From Vicugna vicugna (taxonomy: Eukaryota), in NCBI GenBank assembly GCA_013265495.1, contig MU058781.1, positions 5,936,118 to 6,000,117 of the forward strand: DNA of 64,000 bases, given 5' to 3'. Every line of letters starts with the position of its first letter. Position 1 is the first letter of the stretch. The translations under genes and the position numbers were made by a program. Under the pieces are notes generated by a model. The model saw only the letters and a program-made list of their open reading frames with translations, ran no database searches and was not told the DNA's origin. Below are positions 27,600 through 37,499 of this stretch, piece after piece.

Positions 27600-27800
27600 A
27601 TAGCCTATGTTCATGGACCATAAACCCTATACCAGGCGCTGTTATGCCCAGTGTACAAAATATTATGTCATTCCATACTCATAGCAGCCCTAGAGAAAGT
27701 TCTAATGTTATCTCCATCTTCATATGAAGAAACTGAGGCAGAGACAGCTTACAGGACTGCCCAAGGTCACAGTGGCAGCTACAGATTTTAAATCTAGATG
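27600..27800 (-). mobile_element. MIR SINE
   Basis: tatctccatcttcatatgaagaaactgaggcagagacag...actgcccaaggtcacag. Confidence 0.82.
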
Positions 27801-28119
27801 GGCTGCGCCCTTAACTTACATACCATGGAATTCAGGTGGAACTTAAAAACTGGATCTTTGGTGCAGAGAGGGGTCTCTTTATTTAAAGAAATCTCATGAA
27901 TCAGTTTTAAAATTAACATCTTGATAAAACAAGTATTCACCTCTTAAAAATCAACTGAAAATCCAGATTATTGTAGGTGAGATTAGGTGAAAGTAGCCTA
28001 TACATCTCATCAAGTACGGAAAGAGAAAATGACTTGGGAAGAGCAACATGGAGACCACCGGATCCTGCCATTTTCAAACCCGTGGAACACCAGTATGATT
28101 CCAAGAGAACAATAAGGTT

Positions 28120-28220
28120 CATTTTGATTCAGTACATCTAGGGTGGAGTCCCAGTTCTATTTTTTTTTTAACCTCTCCGGGTGATTCTGGTGCCCAGCCA
28201 GGCTTGAGAACCTCTGAACT
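28120..28220. mobile_element. MER5-type hAT MITE fragment
   Basis: tgattcagtacatctagggtggagtccca...gggtgattctggtgcccagccaggcttgagaacctctg. Confidence 0.7.
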
Positions 28221-28953
28221 AGTCTATTTCCACAGCCTGGAGCAGGACTATTCCCAAGGCAAATAGAAAGAGGGGATCTATTTCTCAACCTCCTTCGTTG
28301 CGAATGAATACCAGTGTTCCTTCCCAAGCCCCGATTGCCCCAACTTTCAACTAACTTTCATTCCCTCCTGGTTCCATGTAAGCAGTATCCTCTTGCCTTC
28401 CCGTCAATAGAGAACCATGAGTCATCAACCCTGCATACACCCTGTGTCTGCATGACTCTCCGGGTCAGAAAAATTTACTGTACACGAAGAAATCAGGAAG
28501 TTGTAAAATCCAAACAGACACACAGAGAAATTCAAGATCCAACAAATGCTGGTTGCTACCGAACAAACAAGCCAGTGTCCCTTCACAAGGGTCACACTAC
28601 AACAATAGCGTAAAACGTGGAAAACGTGACTTAAGATAACCATTTGGCAGCAAAACGTTCTCTCTGGCTTAAAGTAAAGGTGACAAAACAATCAAGCTGG
28701 AGCCCAACATAATCAACCATCATGAAGTCAAACGGAGACTACTTCATAAACCAAATAAACCAAGAAGAGAGATACTTTAACCCGAGGTTTAAAAAAAAAA
28801 AAACCTCTCTGGGCAATTTCTCAATTTCCCACACAACAGAGTTTGCAAAGACACTTAAACAGTCTACAAAGTGCTGAAGTATGGCCAGTATAGGCGATTT
28901 CCCAGGTCAGACCTTATCCTCAGATGGAAACGAGAGAGCAGCAAAACTCTCAC

Positions 28954-29068
28954 CTGATGTGCAACGCACTTCTCTGCAGCGGCCGCGGAGGAGGAGACTG
29001 CCGGCCAGAGATCACAGACCAGTCTGCAGCTTGAAGGGACCACCCTGCTGACGGGCTGCTCGAGCTTC
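28954..29068 (-). other. ATXN1: ATXN1 exon 3 (115-nt 5'UTR exon)
   Basis: Acceptor tttcctctcctgcaccccctggaccattgcag|GAAGCTCG...GCACATCAG|gtgaga donor; 115 nt and collinear with the recalled human exon (GAGCATCG...CAGGGTGGTCCATTCAAGCTGCAG...ACATGTCAG). Confidence 0.87.
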
Positions 29069-29754
29069 CTGCAATGGTCCAGGGGGTGCAGGAGAGGAAA
29101 TCCAAAATGAAAAACAGAACAAATGGCTTTAAAAAATCATGCCCCCCTGAACACGTCCATGCACTGAAAGCTAAACTTTAAGAACGTCAAATCTTGCGTT
29201 GTTTTATGAGAATTACACAGTGACCAGCCAGCTCAAAAGGCAGGTCTGGTTTTATTTCAACAGGGCTCGGAGGGAGGCCAGCCCACAAAGAGGTCATCCC
29301 TTCAATCAGATTAAGAGCTTGGTCTCCCCATTTGAGCTACTGTGGTTCTCTTCTCTAATGATGCTAACCAATCACCTTATAAACACATGCTGGACTATCA
29401 GGTGAAAATGGGCATGGACTGAATAGTAATTGAGCCAAAGTCTAATTTTCATGAGGTATATATTACTATCAACATGCAACCTGAGGCACGATCATGAAAC
29501 AGAGCACAGTTGTTAGCATACCAGTCTAATGGGATATTAAAAAGTGTTGAATACAGAAAAAAATTTTAAGTATGTATATACTCACTAGACTTTCCAGTAA
29601 ACTTTAAATGGTTTAATTATTGAATGGAGGTCTACTTGATTTTCATCCTGCCACAAGCCCTTGCGTGTGGTTAAGTAAAAACTACCCACTGTATGGTGAA
29701 TGAGTGAAAGTGTGAATGGATGAATGAAAGAGAATGAATGAATCTTCCATATAC

Positions 29755-29804
29755 CTTTCCATCAGGGAGCCTGGTGCTTGTAGTAGTTTTTGTGAGGTAA
29801 AGAC
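29755..29804 (-). other. ATXN1: ATXN1 exon 2 (50-nt 5'UTR cassette exon)
   Basis: Acceptor cttcttccatttctatgcatag|GTCTTTACCTCACAAAAACTACTACAAGCACCAGGCTCCCTGATGGAAAG|gtatat donor; near-identical to the recalled human 5'UTR exon that one RefSeq variant skips. Confidence 0.87.
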
Positions 29805-32800
29805 CTATGCATAGAAATGGAAGAAGTTGAGGACTTGATCTGCTAACGGAGTTTCCAGTCCTATCTAGTAAAATAATATTTTTAAATACTGGCAGTTCCC
29901 AACTGTCCACGTTAAATAGAATCAGTAGCACAGTGAGTATAAAATAATCCCCAAGCTAGTCATTGCTGGGCTGATTTTCAGTCTTTGATTACTGGAGCTG
30001 ATCTGCATATTTGTTTAGGCTGGTTTTAAATTTAGTTTGGGTTTCCTAAGCCCACGCCAGGTAGCAGTAGGAAGGAGAAGGCCCAGGATTATACTGGGTG
30101 TCAGAAAGAAACTATTCTGGAGCTATGAATATGATCTCCAATGTGAATAATCTGTAAACAGGTAAGTGAGCCAATTATCCTTGGGTGCATGGCAACACAT
30201 CTCAGTACTCAGGATTATTTTCATCCATACACACTATTTTTAAGAGCACAGCCCAGCTGGAAAGGAAAATAATTTCGCTTGCTTTCCAACACTTTTCAAA
30301 GTAATGAATAGTAGCCAAAGTATTCTTACTTCTAACCAATCCATTCACCAAGTATTTATTTAAGCATCAATTGCACGCTTGGGACTGATACGCAAAGGAA
30401 GATTTCCGGGACGGTATATACTGCTTTGGACATTTTCGTGTCTACAGAATCATACCGTACTTATTTTGAAACATGCTTTTTTCCCATTCAGCTTAGTGAC
30501 CCTTTTCCTGCGTTAGTTAATATGCACGTACTCTGCTATTTTAAAGGATATGGGTTACAGGAATCAACTAGTTTGTTTATCCAAGGGAAAAATTACAGAT
30601 AAAGAAAGAAAGACATTTTCTAGACCTTAGCTTCCCCACATGTAATTTTTAAGGGCAGCGAAAGAAGGAAGCTGTTCTTGACTATCACGTCTTTGAAGTC
30701 CTTAGAAGACACGATCCCTCCACTAAGAAGCTTGTTGAGTTACAAATACAAATGGTGGCCAAGTTAAACAGAAGCTCATAAAATTCTATTTACTCTTACA
30801 CAGTACTTGTTTTAAGGGGGGTCGGGAAGCTTGATTTTATCTAGTCCCATCTCAAATGAAGCCTCAAAATACTTGATCATCATTTTCAAACAAGGTGCAG
30901 GTACCGTGGATTTGCAGAGCGCTTGCTCTATGAGCTAACAGTTGAGAGAGTGCTGGCTTGTATACTGACGTGGGCACACACAGTCCTATTTACGTATCAC
31001 CTGGCAGATAAGATTTTATGGAGTCCAAATTACAGTCTCCTGCTATTCTGCTGAAGTGCAGAGAACAGTCAAACATGATGCAAATGCTGTAAAATATTAA
31101 TTTACTCTCGCATTGGTATGCCTTACTTATTTCAAAAGTATTTGTGTCCTTATGCCAGAGTAATGAAAAGAGTTAATGTAACTTGCTGTGTTCCATCAGA
31201 GGGAGGAGACACAAGAATAAAAGCGAGACAGAGTGGATTCCTTGCAAAAACATACAAGCAATATACAAGAAAATAGCCCATGGACTATTTTATACAATAT
31301 ACTCGCTAAAAACGAAATACTTCATATTTAAAAAACACTGCAGTGCAGCATAACACAATACTATTAATAGTGGACGGTTAGTAAGAATTCCACTATTGTG
31401 GCCTAAATAACACTGATGTGACAGGCAGTAAAGAGGAGATATTATGTAAATAATACAAATACAAGAGATAATATAAATATTTTAAGGAGAGTAGGCAAAG
31501 CTAAGGGTATGGAAAATCTGCCATACACAGCACCAGAAAAAGTTTTTGTTTGAATGTTAGAAACATCAATGTTTACAGGTTAGCAGCTATGACAATTAAC
31601 ACTAAAAACTTCTGCTAAATAACTCACTCAAAATGTGTCAGTTACAGAGCTCCTAAGGAGGGGGAAGGAGAGTTCCTCTTAGCCTGACTCAAAATACCAT
31701 AATCAGGGGAACCTCCGCCCCCTTAAGTCTCAAATTCTGATAACACTACAGTGAATTTTCTGAAAGGTAATTTTCATGTTTGGGATACAATTTTTGTTTG
31801 CGTTACAGCCGTTACCATCACATTTTCATTACTCCACAAATGGGATGCATTAAAAGTTATTAAAAAAAAAATCAATGAAACATTTCTGCTCACATCAGAT
31901 ATATCAATGACAATATAATGCTTGTTGCTTTTTTGCCTTTAATAGTTCTAAACATGTTTGAGCACATTTGAGATGGTAATATATAGCACAAATATGTGTC
32001 TAAAAACCAGCCTGAAATGTTCAGATTTATAAGGATTATGAAATATATCACTACACTGACAAAGATAAAAAATAAATTATGAAATAAGAAAAAGATTTCT
32101 AAAAACTTTCCACATATAAAGATTATTTAACTAAACCTTTTGTTTACTCCTGTAATTTTAAGCATTTATGTATTTTTAAAACCTTAATCCAATTACAACT
32201 CTTTCAGTCAACATTTTAAAATATTCTCTAAAATGAACACTAAGTATACTTATTATACCATCTCTTAAAAGAAATTTTGAATGAGTATTTTATTAAATGC
32301 AATTAAATGAAACTAAAATTTGAACAGCATAGTTGAGAACTACAAAATTCATTCTCCAAAAAAAGGCAATCTTGTGTGTAATGCCCTAGAACATAAATTA
32401 TTATCACTATTGGGATTTCTATGATTTATTATTTTCAATGCTTTTCACAAAATAAGGACAGCCTGCTTCTGATAACTGCAGAAGTATAATCAGAACTCTG
32501 TTCTTTGAAGCAATTAAGCTGCACATATCAAAAAATATAAAAGCAATGGAAATCGAATCATCTATTTCCCCCATAAAAATAATATTCTGTCTGGCTGCAC
32601 TATGTCATCTTATATATGCAAGTACTTAAGCTTTTCAGAGTTCAAACTATGTGTTACTTGCAGACAACTGTAGTTTAAGGAATTAACATTCACTCCTACT
32701 TTTACTAAATTTCAGGCTTTTAGTAAAAACATGTTTATTGACTAACTTCTAATAGGAGACAAAATAAGCTGGTGTTACAATGCATTAGTCATCAAAACCT

Positions 32801-35800
32801 GTTGTTCATGGTCGGTGCAAACAGAAAATCCACTTGACATTTCCGAATGGAAAAAAAATCAAGGCACATTAAACAAAAGGAATGAGAATCCTTAAACTCT
32901 GTAATGACAACAAAACCAGAAGTCACAGTAACATGCTTATTAACATTTTAATGCTCTCTTAAGGCTGACCTCTCCGGGGACTCCCAGACAACTGAGTTAG
33001 GTATGTTGAAAAGTTAAGGCCAACTACAGACATTTCACGTATGATCTGACGGCTAAAGAGTTGCTCGTGAATCTCTCTCCAAAAATAAAAGACAATTCAG
33101 AAGCCCTGAAGCTGGTTATAACATTTCTGATAGAGTACCACCTCTAGTTTACCAAACCCTCTTAAAACAAAATCCAGAGGGAAAGTACTGACTTTCACAG
33201 TTTCCAATCAAGTACATTTTTCATACTCACTTTAGCATGAATTTATTTGTACACTCAAAAATACATGTTCACGTCTGGCTGCAAGTAAAGTGAGTTTCAG
33301 TACGTTGTAAACTATAATCCAGGACCTCCAAGGTGTTGTACAAAACTTAAACTTCTGTGCTCTATTTTATAGCCTTGCCTCCACCCATCTATTTACCTCC
33401 TAGAAATAACAGCTCGTTTTAAACGCAGCAATGCTTGATCTGAGCAGGCCACAATCAAGTTACCAACTGCATAAACTCACCAAACAGCAGAAAGTCATAA
33501 ACCCCCTGTGAGGAGCGCTGAGTAGCTCTCTCAATCCTACCCCGGAGAAATAAAACAAGGATTTACCAATTTAGCTATGGGGCTGTAAAACGGTAAACCC
33601 ACTGACAGCGTCACAACTACAGCAAGACATTATTAGTCTTAATTATTTTTTCTTTCAAATATCAGAGTTATTAAAATACTCCCCTTTATTTGGATTGCCT
33701 GACAACACAGAGCTGCAGCAACCAAAGCTACTCGTCTTAACTTTTTCTTTTCCCCAACAGTATTGTTTTTCTTTCCTTAGCAGGCTTAGGTGGCCTCCTA
33801 ATGCATAGAGCAGAATTCTCTAAATTATTAAATGCTCAGTAAATTATATCCCCAAATAGAACACAAGTTGTTTACTGTGCAAAAGCACCATACATTATCA
33901 GTCTACCAGCTATAGGCCTGTATCATTTCTTACCTGAGACAAAAACCTTTTAACTTACTACCACACAGGTAAGGATCATCGCCAAGAAATCCAAGTTAAA
34001 AATGAATACATTCAGAATGGCTGCCTGCTGTCAGTCACATTTTTTGTTATTACGTTATGGCTGTAAAGTTTTCAAATGTGACCGCGAGGATATTCTTCCC
34101 AAATAAATGACTTCTGCTGAATAAATCCTTTAGAAAACCAGTCTTGACTACCGGCAACTGGTTCTAAAGGATGAGTTCTTTCACACTTGCAAGGGTTAAG
34201 TGCCTGCAAGGCCAAAGACACCAGACAGACTGTAAAAGAAATGTTGCCTCAGTCAGCTCTGAAAGGCTTCTAACAAGTACCAAATACTTGTTGATCTGTT
34301 CACAATAAACACCAGCAGGATTGTCAGGCTCCTTTCACTGTCTGGGGAGACGCATTTACATACTGCACCCAGTAAGAACAGCTTGTTGGTCTCCTTTATA
34401 AAAAAGTTGAGTAGCTAGAAGCCTCATTCAGTGTCTCCCGTCAAAAAATGACAGAAAGAAGATGCAATGGAAATAGTAAAGCCTCTCATCTGGCTGGGGC
34501 AGCACAAATACTGTGCACTGAAACACTTGGGAGTAGTCCAGGCACAAGACAAACCCACCTGAATGGACGGAGGAACATTGTCTGTTGCCATGGCAGCCTG
34601 ATCTAATTACATGAGTGATCAGGGCCTGAGTAAGTGCACGGAAAACCTACACCCGCTGACAGGTATCCACAAGATGAGAAAGGCAGACAGGCCCAAGGTT
34701 CCGGGGAACCCTGCAACCTCTGCTTTATGTAGAAGGTGGCATTCGAGCCCATTTATCTGGGGAGCTGCTAAAATATTGACTGATGCAGGCACAGTTAGAG
34801 GGCAGTCAGAGGAGATTAAATGCCGGAGCATTAGCCGTTATGGTGCAATCCCTTTCCAGGAGTTTATGTGCAGAATTTTCTCATCCTTCTCTCTGGTAGT
34901 TTCCTCCGGCAAACGCTTCATTCCAAAAAAAAAAAGATCAAGCGTCAAACTACCTTCACCTACCAAATAAACCACACGGTGGGCTCAACACAGAGGCTTC
35001 TAGGAACTGCAAGGTTCTTCAGAAACCCAAACAGAAATGGCTTAACTAATAACACTGTCGAAAAAGTAACTGGCTATGCCTAAAAATAACCATCAAGTAA
35101 CTACTCACTGCTGTGTGCGATATGTAACGATGATGTTTAAATATTAAGAACAGCCTGCATTATAAAACACAAATGTCATTGAGATGTGATTACCAGATTG
35201 CCAAAGGAGAACTTATTTGCATACACACATTCCCGTGCATGGACCACAGGATGTGCACGGAGTATACCACTCTAAACCATTAGTTTTTATTCTGTGGGTG
35301 TATTAGGGTCTTCTAATTTTGCTAATTGTATCCTGTGGATCTCACAGGGAAGCTAAGAATCTCTTCGGGGACAGAACCAGTTTGGAGGAGTCCCTACTGC
35401 ACAGCATACGGTAAACAAAATAAAAATAGCTTGCCGTTCTCGTTAGCCACATCTCGCATTATATAACCAGCTTCCGACTGGCTTTTTTTTTTTTTTGCCC
35501 TTACTACTCTTCAGCAATTTCCCAATCTTCCGAAGTATTTATATTACTCTCTTATCTGTAGGATTATATACTAAGAAAGAAAACAAAACAGAGCAGCCAC
35601 GGGATTGAACCGAACCCCACAGTTCTTAGAAACTGATTTTTTTTTGTTTTGTTTTCTGGCAGCATCTCCAACACCACCCTACTTCCACCCCCCACCAAGG
35701 TTCTTGCTCAGTCTCCCTAGAAAACCTGAATTGTTTCATCGCTTCCAGTCAGCCCCCTACGTGGTCGGAAATGAAATGAAAGCACCAGGCACGGAGTTTA

Positions 35801-35915
35801 GGAAAGCGGCCTGAAGGCTGGGGGCCGAGGAGGGGTCGGGGCGCTGCAGAGTCAGCCAAGTGGCCACAGAGGGGGCCCCCTCGCCACCGCGACGGCCCCA
35901 GCCGCCCCCTCCCCC

Positions 35916-35954
35916 CGCGCGCGCGCGCACACACACACACACACACGCACGCAC
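35916..35954. repeat. (CG)n(CA)n alternating purine-pyrimidine microsatellite
   Basis: cgcgcgcgcgcgcacacacacacacacacacgcacgcac, 39 bp of perfect alternation. Confidence 0.95.
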
Positions 35955-36382
35955 TCACTCACACTCACGCCGCGCTGCCACCGCCTCACCTCTCGCTCCG
36001 CCCGGCCGGCCCCCTTCCCTGCCCGCTGTGGGACCGGCCTGCGTGCAGCGCTGGAACCACGTAGGAGGCGGCAGCGGCCGCGGGAGTGGAGGAGTCTCCG
36101 GCCCGGCCCAGAGTGAACGAGCAGCGGGGCTCCAGGGGGCATCCCAGTCCCCGCAGCGCCTCCTCCGCCGCCGCCTCCCCCTTCCCCTCCTCCTGGCTTC
36201 ATTCACCCTCTGAGCAGCCGCGCAGCCGTTCACTCCCGGCGCGGTCAGGGCAGCGCCTGCCGCGGCTCCTCGGCTCCAGCCCCAGGCACTGGCGGGGGTG
36301 CCGGCCCGGACTGGGGCGTTCGCGGGCTCCCGGCTCCGGGCGGCGGCGGCTGCACATGATCAGGAAGCGGCCGTACCAACAG

Positions 36383-36424
36383 GGCGGCGGTGGTGGCGGC
36401 GGCGGCGGCGGCCTCGGCGGCGGC
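36383..36424. repeat. Interrupted GGC/GCC trinucleotide repeat in intron 1
   Basis: (GGC)2(GGT)2(GGC)6 CTC (GGC)3. Confidence 0.93.
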
Positions 36425-36976
36425 AGCAGTTAGGGCCGTCACCGCCACTCCGGCCGCGCTCCTGGCCCCGCACGCCGGCTCCCCCCAGCGCCCACCCCTC
36501 GGCGCCCCCGACGCTCCCACCGCCTGACGCCCGGCCGCGCGCGCAAAGTCCCGGCCCGGGCGCCGGCGCAGATTCCTCCCGGTCCGCAGCCGCTCGCCCA
36601 TCCAGGCCGGCCTCCGCCAGGAGACCCGCGCCCCGGGGCTCCGAGACCCTGAGGACCCCCGCGGGGAAGCCCAGCCCTCCTCCAGATCCACTCGCTCTCG
36701 CCGCCCTCTTCTGGGAGAGGGGTTGGGAGTGGGTGACGAGAGGAGGGGGCAGCGAGACCCCCAGCCGCCGCCTCCCCCTACGCCACCTCGAGGGAGGAGG
36801 ACACTCGCGGCCGGAGCGAGGCGCCGCCGCCGCTCTCCCCGCCTGCCCGCGCCCCCAGCCCGGGCGCGCCCCCTCGCCCGGCGGGCCCCCACCGGCCCCG
36901 GTAGCCCCCCTGCCGGTCGTCCCTGCGCCCAGAGCGGGCATGTCGCCCTGGAGGCTGGAGCCGGAGATGGTTGTAT

Positions 36977-36978
<2 letters not shown>

Positions 36979-37010
<32 letters not shown>
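36979..37010. repeat. (AC)16+ microsatellite running into the assembly gap
   Basis: Pure AC repeat up to the N run; true length unknown. Confidence 0.95.
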
Positions 37011-37110
37011 NNNNNNNNNNNNNNNNNNNNNNNNNNNNNNNNNNNNNNNNNNNNNNNNNNNNNNNNNNNNNNNNNNNNNNNNNNNNNNNNNNNNNNNNNN
37101 NNNNNNNNNN
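37011..37110. other. Assembly gap (100 N)
   Basis: Run of exactly 100 N between an (AC)n tract and a G run. Confidence 1.
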
Positions 37111-37155
37111 GGGGGGAGAGAAAGAATCAGAGGAGAAAAAAAAATAGCCACTTAC

Positions 37156-37341
37156 TGTAAAGTGTAAATGGATCTGGGGTTGCGTGGGGAAGGGGGGGCA
37201 GAGGGAGAGAAACTGGCTTGCGGCTGCTGTAGCTCTGGCTGCTGCTCCACAGGGCTTGTTTTGGATCCCCCTGCAGTGAAACAGGTCCTGTACGGCTCCG
37301 CCACTGTAGTAGAAATGAAGTCTGCGGTATACTCTGCTCTC
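37156..37341 (-). other. ATXN1: ATXN1 exon 1 (non-coding; TSS approximate)
   Basis: Minus strand GAGAGCAGAGTATACCGCAGACTTCATTTCTACTACAGTGGCGGAGCCGTACAGG...CCATTTACACTTTACA followed by the consensus donor GTAAGT (37155-37150); contains no ATG. Confidence 0.9.
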
Positions 37342-37452
37342 TCCTCCTCCTCCTCCCCCCGCTCCCCTCCCCTCCCTCCTCCCTCCGCCCGCCCTCCCTC
37401 GCGCTCTCTCGCGCTCGCTCGCTCGCTCCAGTATGTAAATGTGTAATAGAAG

Positions 37453-37462
37453 CCAAATATGG
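37453..37462. promoter_or_regulatory. Perfect CArG box (SRF site) in proximal promoter
   Basis: CCAAATATGG = CC(A/T)6GG about 115 bp upstream of exon 1, next to E-box CAGTTG (37465-37470). Motif is seen directly; function is inferred. Confidence 0.65.
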
Positions 37463-37499
37463 AGCAGTTGGCTGCCGCCGCCGCAGCTCAAGGATCCGA

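Larger units (their letters stand above)
1..37341 (-). other. ATXN1: 5' portion of the ataxin-1 gene (non-coding exons 1-3, introns 1-2, part of intron 3); CDS lies beyond the left edge
   Basis: Three minus-strand segments match, in order and with canonical splice sites, the human ATXN1 5'UTR as recalled (GAGAGCAGAGTATACCGCAGAC...CCATTTACACTTTACA | ...TTTACCTCACAAAAACTACTACAAGCACC...GATGGAAAG | ...CAGGGTGGTCC.TTCAAGCTGCAGA...TCTCCTCCTCC...). CpG island at the 5' end. Confidence 0.93.

Noticed and set aside
37215..37250. CAG-rich stretch in exon 1 as the SCA1 repeat, and CCAGAGC as a miR-760 site
   Set aside because: Only two CAG units in a row in a non-coding exon; the polyQ exon is outside the window. 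CCAGAGCT lacks the full seed match CAGAGCC.
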